Shown in pieces: positions 51,797 to 61,330 of a DNA stretch of 64,000 bases; the first letter of the stretch is position 1, and each line of letters starts with the position of its first letter. Position numbers and translations under genes: made by a program. The notes under the pieces are model-generated. The model had not been told where the DNA came from. It ran no database searches and saw nothing but the letters and a program-made list of their open reading frames with translations. The DNA is from a virus. Its lineage: Duplodnaviria > Caudoviricetes. Location: IMG/VR virus record IMGVR_UViG_3300025018_000001. One strand, written 5' to 3'.

Positions 51797-52942
51797 ATGA
51801 TGGAAAGGCAATTAGCATCTATCCAAAAAATCGTAGATTTACAACCTATCGCTGGCGCGGACAGAATTGAAGTTGCCTTTGTATTAGGTTGGCAATGTGT
51901 TGTAAAGAAAGGTGAATTTAATGTGGGTGACTTATGTGTATATTTTGAAATAGATTCTCAATTACCACCACATAAAGCCTTTGATTTTATGGCAGACCGT
52001 AAGTATAGAGTACGTACTATTAAGCTACGAAAACAAATTGCGCAGGGATTGGCATTACCAATAAGTGTACTAACTCATTTTAGTAGTAAGCTTCTTAATA
52101 AATACAAAGAAGGTGATGATGTTACTACTTTAATAGGCGTTACTAAATATGAACCACGTCCTGATAATGTAGATCCAAGTAGTAAAAAGAAACTAAAGCC
52201 AGTAGTTAATTATTTGATGGACTACTTCTGGTTCAGGAAGCTGTACAATATTATTATGCCAGGTAAGACTAAAGGTAACTTTCCTGAGTTTATTAATAAG
52301 ACTGACGAGACACGTATACAAAGTTGTCCTATACTTCTGAGAAAGAATATTGGTAAGTCCTTCTACTTTACTGAAAAACTTGATGGCAGTTCGGCATCTT
52401 ACTTCTTTAATACTGCTTTAGTTGGCAAAAAGCTAGGCTTATTCAATAAAGATAAAGGTAATGGCTTTGGTGTTTGCTCTAGAAATCTAAGGCTTGTTAC
52501 ACCGGATAATAGATACTGGTGGAAGTATGCTAAAGACCATGAGCTTGAAGATAAGATAACATGTATGTCAAAGTACTTAGGATTCAGTATTGCTGTACAA
52601 GGAGAATTAATAGGTCCAGGTATTCAGAAGAATAAGTACTGTCTTGATGACTTAGACTTCTATTGTTTCAATATCTTTAATATAGATGATAAAGTATATG
52701 TGTCTATAGAAAAGAAAGAAGAGGTATGTAAACTATTTGGTATAAAAACTGTACCGCGTGATGATACTGTAGTTGTTCTTACTGAAGATCATGACGTAAA
52801 CTTTTTTGTTAATCTTTCTAAGAGAAAGAGTAAATTAAACAAGAAAGTTACGGCTGAGGGTATTGTTGGTAGATGCACTGATGATGATACTATAAGTTTT
52901 AAAGTTATAAATCCCGAATGGTTATTGAAGAACGATGAGTAA
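51797..52942 (+). CDS. RNA ligase, DRB0094 family
   Basis: R-x-LASIQ, ADRIE, W-x-CVVKKG, VYFEIDS, TEKLDGSS, QGELIGPGIQKN, EGIV, SFKVIN. Confidence 0.92.
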   Translation: MMERQLASIQKIVDLQPIAGADRIEVAFVLGWQCVVKKGEFNVGDLCVYFEIDSQLPPHKAFDFMADRKYRVRTIKLRKQIAQGLALPISVLTHFSSKLLNKYKEGDDVTTLIGVTKYEPRPDNVDPSSKKKLKPVVNYLMDYFWFRKLYNIIMPGKTKGNFPEFINKTDETRIQSCPILLRKNIGKSFYFTEKLDGSSASYFFNTALVGKKLGLFNKDKGNGFGVCSRNLRLVTPDNRYWWKYAKDHELEDKITCMSKYLGFSIAVQGELIGPGIQKNKYCLDDLDFYCFNIFNIDDKVYVSIEKKEEVCKLFGIKTVPRDDTVVVLTEDHDVNFFVNLSKRKSKLNKKVTAEGIVGRCTDDDTISFKVINPEWLLKNDE

Positions 52943-52964
52943 TAAATCTTAATTGTGAGGTATT

Positions 52965-53303
52965 ATGAGTTTATATTTAGAGTTGTATCATGGTAGAGAT
53001 AATGTAGATGATAACCTTGATGACTGGGGATTTGACGGGCCAGTAATAGGTCCATTAGAACATATGACGTTCACCTATATGAATGTTATAAGAATATTTT
53101 TTGCTAAGGAAGCAGTGGCTAAGGCATGTGGTTTTGAAGGTAAGGAAGACAACTGGATAACATTTGAAGATGACTTACTATCATTTCAAGGCAAGTACTA
53201 TGGTGATTTCTCACTTATTGATTTACCGGCTGCCAAAGTTAAGGCTATGCGTAAAGAAATAAATAGAGTAAACGCTATTCCTTTTAACAAATACAATAAA
53301 TAG
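52965..53303 (+). CDS. Hypothetical protein (112 aa)
   Basis: GAGG SD. Confidence 0.65.
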   Translation: MSLYLELYHGRDNVDDNLDDWGFDGPVIGPLEHMTFTYMNVIRIFFAKEAVAKACGFEGKEDNWITFEDDLLSFQGKYYGDFSLIDLPAAKVKAMRKEINRVNAIPFNKYNK

Positions 53304-53305
53304 CT

Positions 53306-53584
53306 ATGAAAAGAATACCAGTTATAGTTTGTGCTGCTCTACGTAAAGACGACCTAATTATAGCTGGTCCAAGACACTTTGATGGTATTATGCGTGCCCA
53401 AATAAGAGCGATCTTAGGGGATGAGGCAAAGAAATTTGCTTATGCTGAACAAGGTTTTGTGGATCAGTTTGGTACTTTTTGGAATCGTATTGATGCTATG
53501 ATGTTAGCAAGAGCATCTGGACAACCGTTAGATATGAAAAGGAACGGCTCTAAAACAGAATTATTTAGTGAGGGTTTATATTAA
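53306..53584 (+). CDS. Hypothetical phage protein (92 aa)
   Basis: VCAA...G-x-RH...QGF-x-DQ-x-G-x-F pattern familiar from phage proteins. Confidence 0.7.
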   Translation: MKRIPVIVCAALRKDDLIIAGPRHFDGIMRAQIRAILGDEAKKFAYAEQGFVDQFGTFWNRIDAMMLARASGQPLDMKRNGSKTELFSEGLY

Positions 53585-53589
53585 AAGAG

Positions 53590-53835
53590 GTGTTAATGGA
53601 CAAAACAACTGTAAGAATACATAATGAGATACCTGACTTATTGAAGCCAGCCTTTCATGTAGATAGACCTTGGGATGTTATTGCTGCTTATCCAGAGGCT
53701 GCTTGGAAAGCATTAAAAATTATTCATGATGAAAATATTCAATTAAAAGAAGAGATTGCACAAATGCAAAGTGCAGCTAAAGTAACAGAAGTAATACAAA
53801 ACTGCGGTGAAAATCGTTGTAGGGTTGATAAATGA
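53590..53835 (+). CDS. Hypothetical protein
   Basis: GAGGTG SD. Confidence 0.6.
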   Translation: MLMDKTTVRIHNEIPDLLKPAFHVDRPWDVIAAYPEAAWKALKIIHDENIQLKEEIAQMQSAAKVTEVIQNCGENRCRVDK

Positions 53836-54131
53836 TCGCGTACAAATTAGTACGTAAAAGAAAAGACGGTACATTAGCACCACTGTTTATAAACAGAAAG
53901 CTAACTTTTAAACTCAACGAATGGCTGCAAGCGGAATGTGTCCCTACTAAAGGATACGCAGTACGTCAAGGATGGCACACTACAAGCGCTCCTGAAGCAC
54001 CACACCTAAGTAATAAGGGCAGAGTATGGGTAAGGGTAGAAATTGATGACTACGACGAACTACAGCGTCCTATAGCTCAAGGTGGTTTATGGTTTATAGC
54101 TCAAAAAATGAAGGTACTAAACGAACTATGA
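53832..54131 (+). CDS. Hypothetical phage protein (99 aa)
   Basis: ATGA overlap. Confidence 0.7.
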   Translation: MIAYKLVRKRKDGTLAPLFINRKLTFKLNEWLQAECVPTKGYAVRQGWHTTSAPEAPHLSNKGRVWVRVEIDDYDELQRPIAQGGLWFIAQKMKVLNEL

Positions 54132-54445
54132 AAATTAAAGCTAGGCAAATCAAACCAGGAATGGTGATTGACAAAAAATTCAAGGGTGACCATGATTACA
54201 TGCTTGTTACTTCAGTTAAAGGTTATAAAGAAGTAGAGTGTGCTCACTTTAATCATTGTGATGGTTATATGGGACGTATGATTGGTTTCTATGATGGTAA
54301 AGAAAAAGTAAAAGTCATTACCAATAAAAAGAAAAGGGCTAAGATAATTAAAGATATCCTTGATGATGTATTCAAACTTCTTCATGATACTGAAGATAAT
54401 GTGGCTCTTATAAAACTTATTCAAGCTATGGATAAAGGTATATGA
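54128..54445 (+). CDS. Hypothetical protein
   Basis: ATGA overlap start at 54128. Confidence 0.65.
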   Translation: MKIKARQIKPGMVIDKKFKGDHDYMLVTSVKGYKEVECAHFNHCDGYMGRMIGFYDGKEKVKVITNKKKRAKIIKDILDDVFKLLHDTEDNVALIKLIQAMDKGI

Positions 54446-55029
54446 ATATAAATCAGACAATTATAAGAAGTATACTTAAACACCCATTACTATACAAAGA
54501 CGTAAACTTTGAACTGTCTCGTGACAAAGTTCTTAATCACCTATTCTTTACTAATGGTAATGGATTTGATTGGTGTAATGGAGAACTTGTTGATGTTTTT
54601 GAAGGTGACAAGCATGAGCCTATGCAAATACCAGAAAATTACTTTAGTACTCCTATAATGAGTACAGAGAAAGATGAAAGTGCATTGTTCAAAAAATTTC
54701 GTGAACAAGATGGTGAAGCGTATAAACCACATGAGATATGTTCCAAAGAGGCACTTACAATTTATCCTATTTGTCAGTATGCTGCTATAATGAATTTACC
54801 AAAGGATTTAAAACTCGATTGGTTAGAAGCTGGCGAGGATGCGTGTTACTTAGCTTTAGACTACTTTACTAACCCTTATAAACATTGCCGTGATCATTAT
54901 ATAAAGCAGTGGATGGTGCGTAGAGAGTATGATAAAATAAAAGCTTTTTTAAAGGAGCAAGTACATTTTATTAGCTTAAGTATTTTAGAACTAAGTAGAA
55001 TTAAAAATGGTTGGTATAAGCACAACTGA
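54442..55029 (+). CDS. Hypothetical protein (195 aa)
   Basis: ATGA overlap. Confidence 0.7.
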   Translation: MNINQTIIRSILKHPLLYKDVNFELSRDKVLNHLFFTNGNGFDWCNGELVDVFEGDKHEPMQIPENYFSTPIMSTEKDESALFKKFREQDGEAYKPHEICSKEALTIYPICQYAAIMNLPKDLKLDWLEAGEDACYLALDYFTNPYKHCRDHYIKQWMVRREYDKIKAFLKEQVHFISLSILELSRIKNGWYKHN

Positions 55030-55049
55030 TGAACTAGGAGGATTTAACT

Positions 55050-55289
55050 TTGGTAGATGCTAAATGGATACCTATAACAGATATGGTTTTGGGGGGAAGA
55101 TACGTCTGTATAGCTCGCAACTTTGATATTGGTACTTGGAATGGTAAAGAATTTAAATATAGGCGTGCAGGACAGCTTGGTACAGAACTACATTGGGATA
55201 ATGGGGAACCGCACGGCACTGTAAAACCTTTCGTGTTACTGTCTTTAGATAATGACGTAATCAATACTTATAAAAGTAGGGTAGGCTAA
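55050..55289 (+). CDS. Hypothetical protein (79 aa)
   Basis: AGGAGG SD, TTG start. Confidence 0.6.
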   Translation: MVDAKWIPITDMVLGGRYVCIARNFDIGTWNGKEFKYRRAGQLGTELHWDNGEPHGTVKPFVLLSLDNDVINTYKSRVG

Positions 55290-55439
55290 TGAAATTTCAT
55301 AGATTCATGTCACAAGAAGAAGTACAAGAACAAGTGTCTAAAGCTATGGTACCTCATATAATACGATTTGTAATAAAAATAATGTGCTTAGCTGTACTAA
55401 CACTTATACTAATTAATTATTAACGTAGAAGGAATTAAA

Positions 55440-56066
55440 ATGAAAACAAAACTGTTATTGTGCATTGCTGTATTAATGTTAAGTGTAACATGTGCATTTG
55501 CTGCTGCACCTACAGACACGGTAATATCACAAGAAGCATTACTTAATATGAACTCAAATGAACGAAACGCTATATTTGACGCTTTAAAAGAACAGAATAA
55601 ATTGAAAGCAAAAGCCATTGCTTCTGTTAATACAGAAACTGTACAAGCACTTGCCAATATGGATGTTGAAACATTTAAAGGTAAGGCTGTAGCTGTAGCT
55701 GATACTCTTGTGGTGTTCTTTGATAAGCTCGGTGTCAAAGCAAATGAGTTTGTTAAAACTGATGTTGGTCTACTTGCAGCTATAGGTATTATATATAAGA
55801 TGGGTGTATTTGGATCTTTATGGGACGCTACTGTCGGTACTATAGGTATTGGTATTTTTCTTATTATTCTGTATAAACTTAACACAAGAAAAATTATAGT
55901 AGTAAAAAAATATGGTATGGATGGTAAAGAAGTGTCCTCACAGGAAACTTTAGTACCTAAGTTTTCAGCAGTCGGTACAGATGACGATAATGATAGAACT
56001 ATATACTCTGTAATAGGTTCTATAATTTGCGTTGTTATGATAGTAATATTCTTAGCGTGTATGTAA
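55440..56066 (+). CDS. Membrane protein with signal peptide (208 aa)
   Basis: Signal-peptide-like N-terminus, 2-3 hydrophobic helices. Confidence 0.75.
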   Translation: MKTKLLLCIAVLMLSVTCAFAAAPTDTVISQEALLNMNSNERNAIFDALKEQNKLKAKAIASVNTETVQALANMDVETFKGKAVAVADTLVVFFDKLGVKANEFVKTDVGLLAAIGIIYKMGVFGSLWDATVGTIGIGIFLIILYKLNTRKIIVVKKYGMDGKEVSSQETLVPKFSAVGTDDDNDRTIYSVIGSIICVVMIVIFLACM

Positions 56067-56067
56067 T

Positions 56068-56328
56068 ATGATGAAATTTAATAGACAAAAATGTAGCAAT
56101 ATATTTTGGATATGGGCGGGTATAGGTAGTATATTTTTTGTTATATGGGGTTTTACTTTTTTGCATTTAGCTACATTAGAGAATGTAACTCCAATAGCCT
56201 TGTCTGCAAGATCTCCAATTGCTTTTGGTACATTAATATTTATATCAGGGCCACTAGTGTGGATTGCTATATGTATTGTATTAGTAGGTATATTATGTAG
56301 TAACATACTTCCCTTCTTATTCACCTAA
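56068..56328 (+). CDS. Small two-helix membrane protein
   Basis: Two hydrophobic segments. Confidence 0.6.
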   Translation: MMKFNRQKCSNIFWIWAGIGSIFFVIWGFTFLHLATLENVTPIALSARSPIAFGTLIFISGPLVWIAICIVLVGILCSNILPFLFT

Positions 56329-56332
56329 CTAC

Positions 56333-56374
56333 AATAGCTAGTACAATAGAGTCATAACTATTGTACTAGCTATT
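56333..56374. terminator. Perfect 17-bp hairpin at the strand-switch point (likely bidirectional terminator)
   Basis: AATAGCTAGTACAATAG / CTATTGTACTAGCTATT between convergent gene blocks. Confidence 0.75.
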
Positions 56375-56537
56375 GGTCACACATAGCAGTAGTGGTTTAT
56401 ATATCTATATTCAATTCTATCTTTAGGGTCTTTTGGTTTAACTCCATATACTCTATATTTATATTCATTTTCTTGTCCACAAACAGGACACATTTCAAAC
56501 ACAGTTATATACCAATATTTCCCCATAGTACAACTCC

Positions 56538-57281
56538 TTAAATAGTTATAATCTCTGCATGATCTTTATGTATTATTACTTGGTGCTCTACATGACAACT
56601 TAATCTACCAGAATCAGTAACTACAGTCCAACCGTCAGATAGCCTGTGATTATCCGCAGGACCATCTACTAACATTGGTTCTATACAGATGCACATACCA
56701 GCTTTTAATTTTATACCTTCTATATCCCTACCAAAGTTATGTATAGCAGGTTCCATATGTAAATCTCTACCTATACCATGACCTATATAGTTCTTTACTA
56801 CAGAGTAGCCATATTCTGTCGCGTATGACTCGATTACTCTACCTATGGTACCAGTAGTCACCCCTTCTTTAGCTTCCAATATAGCCCCATTTAAAGCCAT
56901 TTGGGACACATCTATTAAATCTTGTTTGTTCTCGTCAATACTACCTACACCAACAGTAAATGCCGCATCACCATAAAACCCATCTTTAAGCACACCCACA
57001 TCTACACTAAGTATATCACCATCCTCAAGTTTCCTAACGTTCGGAAAGCCATGTACTATAACTTCATTAGTACTACAGCAAGTACAAAAAGGAAAGCCTC
57101 TATAACCCTTAAAAGCGGGTACACCTCCTTCAGCTAGTATTATTTTTTCAGCTACGCTGTCTAACTCTAGAGTAGATATTCCTGGAGCTACTAGTTTCTG
57201 TAGTTCTTTATGCACTAGGGCTACTATTCTACCACTCTCTCTCAACTTGTACAAGTCACTACTAGTATGTGTAACTACCAA
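56538..57281 (-). CDS. map: Methionine aminopeptidase type I
   Basis: STNEVIVHG-x-P, VDVG, YGDAA-x-T, GHGIG-x-x-LH, IEPM, SCHVEH. Confidence 0.95.
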   Translation of the reverse strand: MVVTHTSSDLYKLRESGRIVALVHKELQKLVAPGISTLELDSVAEKIILAEGGVPAFKGYRGFPFCTCCSTNEVIVHGFPNVRKLEDGDILSVDVGVLKDGFYGDAAFTVGVGSIDENKQDLIDVSQMALNGAILEAKEGVTTGTIGRVIESYATEYGYSVVKNYIGHGIGRDLHMEPAIHNFGRDIEGIKLKAGMCICIEPMLVDGPADNHRLSDGWTVVTDSGRLSCHVEHQVIIHKDHAEIITI

Positions 57282-57409
57282 GGTACTCTCCTTATGTCTG
57301 TTTTTTCGCCCCCTAAGTACTACTCAGTAAGTAAGTAAGTACTACTTATACGTTAGTTTGTTTTTGTTTGTTTGGGGTGTTTCTCCCCAGTTTTTTTTTT
57401 AATTTTACT

Positions 57410-57463
57410 GCGAAGCGAGCCGCCTATTGAACCGGTATACTTTTCATACCTGTGAATATTTTA
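57410..57463 (-). repeat. ~54-nt dispersed repeat, copy 1
   Basis: GCGAAGCGAGCC-GCC..TTGAACCGG....CTTTTCATACCT..GAA.ATTTTA shared with 58762-58814. Confidence 0.85.
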
Positions 57464-57748
57464 AGACGTTACTATTTTAATAAGTTGATCATGAAACTGA
57501 CTACTTTCTGTACTACATAAATTAGTCATCTCATGTTCTATAACAGCTTTTTTATTAGATAAGGATTTAATTTTACCTTTCATAAGCCCCCTATAATGGA
57601 TCTGCATAAAAACCACTTCATCTCCTATATTAAGCTCACTACCTAGAAAATCTTTTTTCATTTCTGCCACCTCATTCACACTACATTCTACAAATCTTAT
57701 TGGAAATAACTTTCGCCACAATCTTATAAATATATTTCTTTCAGGCAT
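57461..57748 (-). CDS. Hypothetical protein
   Basis: ORF; second half KDFLGSELNIGDEVVF is typical of small phage proteins. Confidence 0.6.
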   Translation of the reverse strand: MPERNIFIRLWRKLFPIRFVECSVNEVAEMKKDFLGSELNIGDEVVFMQIHYRGLMKGKIKSLSNKKAVIEHEMTNLCSTESSQFHDQLIKIVTS

Positions 57749-57871
57749 TATTATTTCGGCAAAATCACCATTTAGTTTCTCATTAAGATGTGTTGGTTAA
57801 AAGCTATTTCCCAATAGTTATTACCAAGTCTTCTGAATCTGATTACCTTCATGACAACCTCTTATTTAATT

Positions 57872-58729
57872 TTACGATACAAACACTATCCCATCGCATA
57901 CTTGGTCTTCACTTGTTATTGTAATAACCTCCTTCTCTAAAGGTTTAATTTTAATATAATGATCAGAAAATTTTACAGGCATAAAGCCTAAAAAAGCATC
58001 AGTCGAAAATAAGAACTTACCATCCCAAAACCATGTTTCATTTTTGTCTTTCTTTGGTTGCAGCATAGTGCCAGGTTTTAGTGAAGATAGTAAAGCTTTT
58101 CTACCTATGTTACTAAAACTAGTTATATAACTTTGTAAATTAACAGTTTTTGATACTTCATTAAATATATCTGGAAAAAATTCTTTTAGATGTTTAACAA
58201 ATAATGGTACTTCCTTTAATCTATAATCAGTAATCTCTCCACCAAACATAGCCATAGGTCTATGTCGTAATAACATCTCTATAGTTTTTACATTGAAATC
58301 TTTTTCATGTATAAATGGGCTGCCGGAAGACATGAAAGTAGCGTTAGATATAAAAGGTGCTTTAGATTCATAACTCATATGGGGATAAGGTAAATAGTAG
58401 TAATCACCTACCTTAGCTATTAATTTTTCAGTAGTTGTTAATTTGTTTAAAAACTCTGCATACCTAGTTTGTCTTTCAGAGATCCATGTTCTAAAAGCCC
58501 TAGCACGCTTAGTAGGCCCGTATTCATGACTTACCTTACCATTGGGACAACGGCAATTAAACATATCTTTTTGTACACATTTACCAAAAGAATATAGGCT
58601 GCAAGTGTCTTTAGAAGAACAAGAGTAAATCCAACATTCTGCTCTATCAGATGCTTTAGATTTAAAAATAGATTTAGTTGGGTCATATACACGTACATCT
58701 ATTATTTCATACTTTTTATTATCTACCAT
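57872..58729 (-). CDS. Hypothetical Cys-containing protein (285 aa)
   Basis: AAAGGAG SD. Confidence 0.75.
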   Translation of the reverse strand: MVDNKKYEIIDVRVYDPTKSIFKSKASDRAECWIYSCSSKDTCSLYSFGKCVQKDMFNCRCPNGKVSHEYGPTKRARAFRTWISERQTRYAEFLNKLTTTEKLIAKVGDYYYLPYPHMSYESKAPFISNATFMSSGSPFIHEKDFNVKTIEMLLRHRPMAMFGGEITDYRLKEVPLFVKHLKEFFPDIFNEVSKTVNLQSYITSFSNIGRKALLSSLKPGTMLQPKKDKNETWFWDGKFLFSTDAFLGFMPVKFSDHYIKIKPLEKEVITITSEDQVCDGIVFVS

Positions 58730-58761
58730 ATTATAATTCTCCTTTAACTCCCGGCCCTCTG

Positions 58762-58814
58762 GCGAAGCGAGCCAGCCCTTGAACCGGCTCTCTTTTCATA
58801 CCTACGAAATTTTA
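58762..58814 (-). repeat. ~54-nt dispersed repeat, copy 2
   Basis: Aligns with 57410-57463. Confidence 0.85.
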
Positions 58815-58818
58815 CAAA

Positions 58819-58986
58819 CTAAAATGGTATTTCGTCCCAATTATATGGCCTTTTAAACGCGAGTTGCTGTATGTGTGGGCATCTTGAGCATTTAGTAGTT
58901 ACTACCAATGCGTTGTTACCTGTCCATACAGGTTCTTGTAGTGTAAGTCTGTGACCAAATATTTTACAAAGTAATTTAGATATCAT
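58819..58986 (-). CDS. Small Zn-binding protein (DUF1660-like, 55 aa, not in ORF track)
   Basis: MISKLLCKIFGHR...CSRC. Confidence 0.55.
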   Translation of the reverse strand: MISKLLCKIFGHRLTLQEPVWTGNNALVVTTKCSRCPHIQQLAFKRPYNWDEIPF

Positions 58987-59179
58987 AAAAAGGCTCCTTA
59001 GGGTGGTTACCGTAGTTTTTACACTTAGGATTTATACAATTAAATGCACCAATAAAGGTGTATTTTTTAAAAGAAGTACTACCACATACAGAACATAGCC
59101 TTGTAGGGAACGGAGACTCTCTTAAAAATCTTATTAATGGTGGTTCTGGTGGATGTTTCATAATATTATTAACTATCAA
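58976..59179 (-). CDS. Small Zn-ribbon protein
   Basis: CSVCG...CINPKC. Confidence 0.5.
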   Translation of the reverse strand: MIVNNIMKHPPEPPLIRFLRESPFPTRLCSVCGSTSFKKYTFIGAFNCINPKCKNYGNHPKEPFYDI

Positions 59180-60110
59180 ATAAGTAACTTAAACTCTGCT
59201 CGTTATGAATACCTTCAATAGCTTCTGCAAAAAGAGTGGCTGAAGAAAGTACTTCTATCTTAGAGGATAATTTTATACTTGTATTGCATATAGTATCAGT
59301 CACATATAGCTTTCCAATTGATGACCTTTCTAAAGTATTTATTGCTTTTCCGCTAAGTACGGGGTGAGTACAATAACATTCTACGGAAGCAGCACCATTA
59401 TTCAATAACACATTAGCTGCTTTTACTAAGGTACCTCCTGAATCTACCATATCATCAGCTATAATACAGTTCTTACCTTTTACCTCACCTATCAAAAACA
59501 TTTCTCCTATTTCTGAAGGCCCTGTACGTTGCTTATATATCATAGCTACACCACAACCTAACTTACCTGCATAACTCTTTGCCACTTTTATAGACCCCGC
59601 GTCTGGAGCTACAATACATATTTCATTATTAGGGTGGTTAGCACTTATATGGGGTACAAATACATTAAACATATGTAAATTATCTACAGGGATATCGAAA
59701 AATCCAGCTATCTGTGGGCTATGTAACTCGGAAGTTAATAGTCTATCAGTACCTGCTGTCATTATTAAATTAGCCACTAATTTAGCTGATATAGGTACAC
59801 GTGAAATAACTTTTCTATCTTGTCTACTATAAGGGTAACAAGGAAGCACAGTGGTAACTCTATAACAGCTAGACCTTTTAAGGGCATCAAGTATAAGTAG
59901 TAACTCCATTATATGAGTATCTGTTGTATTGCTTGCACCCTGTATCACAAATACATCTTTGTTACGTACATTTTCTTGTATTTCTACTCTACACTCCCCA
60001 TTACCAAATGTGCCTGTCATTACAGAAGTTAAAGGGACACCCAATAATTCAGCTATGTTAGTAGCTAAAAATGGGTTTGAACTACCGGAAATAATCGCTA
60101 ATTCTTTCAT
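59169..60110 (-). CDS. prs: Ribose-phosphate pyrophosphokinase (PRPP synthetase)
   Basis: DVFVIQ, PCYPYSRQDRK, ISAKLVA, ELHSPQI-x-GFFDIPVDNL, VAPDAG, DDMVDSGGT. Confidence 0.95.
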   Translation of the reverse strand: MKELAIISGSSNPFLATNIAELLGVPLTSVMTGTFGNGECRVEIQENVRNKDVFVIQGASNTTDTHIMELLLILDALKRSSCYRVTTVLPCYPYSRQDRKVISRVPISAKLVANLIMTAGTDRLLTSELHSPQIAGFFDIPVDNLHMFNVFVPHISANHPNNEICIVAPDAGSIKVAKSYAGKLGCGVAMIYKQRTGPSEIGEMFLIGEVKGKNCIIADDMVDSGGTLVKAANVLLNNGAASVECYCTHPVLSGKAINTLERSSIGKLYVTDTICNTSIKLSSKIEVLSSATLFAEAIEGIHNEQSLSYLFDS

Positions 60111-60382
60111 ATTAATTCCTCAATTTTTTGTTTTTGTAGGTTGCTCATGTAGTTTTTAAGGTTATGCTTTGCTTCAGCAGCATAGTGTTCAAGTATAATT
60201 GCCTTATCAACCATAAGATTCTTAGTGGAAAAAGTGCGTTGAAAGAATATCTCCTCTCCTGATATCTCGTCAAAGGTTTTAACACGTAAAGAACATCCAT
60301 AATTCTCGCATATCACGCCAACAATACAGTCGTAACCTATCAGATATTCAATTCTTAAAAGGTCTCTTGATGTAATCAACAT
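60107..60382 (-). CDS. Hypothetical protein (91 aa)
   Basis: AAGGAG SD. Confidence 0.6.
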   Translation of the reverse strand: MLITSRDLLRIEYLIGYDCIVGVICENYGCSLRVKTFDEISGEEIFFQRTFSTKNLMVDKAIILEHYAAEAKHNLKNYMSNLQKQKIEELI

Positions 60383-60424
60383 AATTGCTCTCCTTTATTT
60401 TTAAGTATTTTTTAATTATTACTA

Positions 60425-60453
60425 ATTATACATTATTATATAAAGGAAAGCAA
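60425..60453 (-). promoter_or_regulatory. Sigma70-type promoter for the prs block
   Basis: Minus strand TTGCTT-N17-TATAAT. Confidence 0.65.
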
Positions 60454-60465
60454 GTAAAATGTTAA

Positions 60466-61329
60466 TTATTTATTTTGTCCCTTAAACCTGTGGTACATTA
60501 AAGCCTGATACCATTCAGTATGCCAATTACGATCAAAATTTGCCCTAGAGTTACAAGATCTACAAACTGTTATTAAATTATTAGGATCACAATTCTTTTT
60601 ATTATAATCTATGTGATGAATATTTAAAACATTATCAGTTTTAAAGCAGTATGGGTTCTGACAAATATTATTATCTCGTGTCCTGATGGCTGCTTTGTAA
60701 TATTTATCAGACCAGATTGGGCAGTACTTCTGAAAAGATAAGCCACCTTTCCAGTTCCAATGCCCTTCTCCACACTGTTTTATTATAGCACAAGTTGGGC
60801 ATCTGTATCCAAAGTTGAAGTTTCCTAAAGTAGTACTATGATTATGGCCATTAGGACATTTATATTTTAATTTGGAGTTACTATTTACATAGCTTTTGGA
60901 TAATAAAGTATAGCTCTCCTTTTCAAAAATATTTCGAACGTCAGTATAATTTAGTAAGACATTTCCAGCACATACACCACATCGTTTACCTTGCTGAAAA
61001 TTTGCCCATGAAATAGATGTATTATGTTCTTTATCACAGAGATAGTTTAGCTTAATATGTGCATTTATATATTTTTTAGATAATAAAATATATCCTTCTT
61101 TTTCAAAAGCTTCTTTAATTTGCTTGTAAGTCTTCTTAATTTTATTAGAGCAATAGGGACACCTATTTCCTCCTTGAAAACCGTGCCAGCTAATAAAATG
61201 CTTATGTCCATTACAACAAACATATTCAAGTAATTGCTTATTATTTTTATATTCTTTAGTTATTAATATAAAACCTGCACTGAAAAAAGCTTTGGCTATA
61301 AAAGCTATATTTAATGGTACCTTACCCAT
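60466..61329 (-). CDS. HNH endonuclease with three tandem Zn-ribbon repeats
   Basis: Repeats Y-x-LLS-x-x-Y-x-N...L-x-Y-x-C-x-x-x-H...F-x-x-G-x-RC-x-x-C; C-terminal RD-x-x-x-CQ...IHHIDY...N...C-x-x-C. Confidence 0.88.
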   Translation of the reverse strand: MGKVPLNIAFIAKAFFSAGFILITKEYKNNKQLLEYVCCNGHKHFISWHGFQGGNRCPYCSNKIKKTYKQIKEAFEKEGYILLSKKYINAHIKLNYLCDKEHNTSISWANFQQGKRCGVCAGNVLLNYTDVRNIFEKESYTLLSKSYVNSNSKLKYKCPNGHNHSTTLGNFNFGYRCPTCAIIKQCGEGHWNWKGGLSFQKYCPIWSDKYYKAAIRTRDNNICQNPYCFKTDNVLNIHHIDYNKKNCDPNNLITVCRSCNSRANFDRNWHTEWYQALMYHRFKGQNK

Positions 61330-61330
61330 A

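Noticed and set aside
59169-60110. NARP1 ADPR-PP synthetase (Adps) call
   Set aside because: Sequence looks like canonical PRS and is not adjacent to the NAMPT-like gene; cannot be excluded without an assay.
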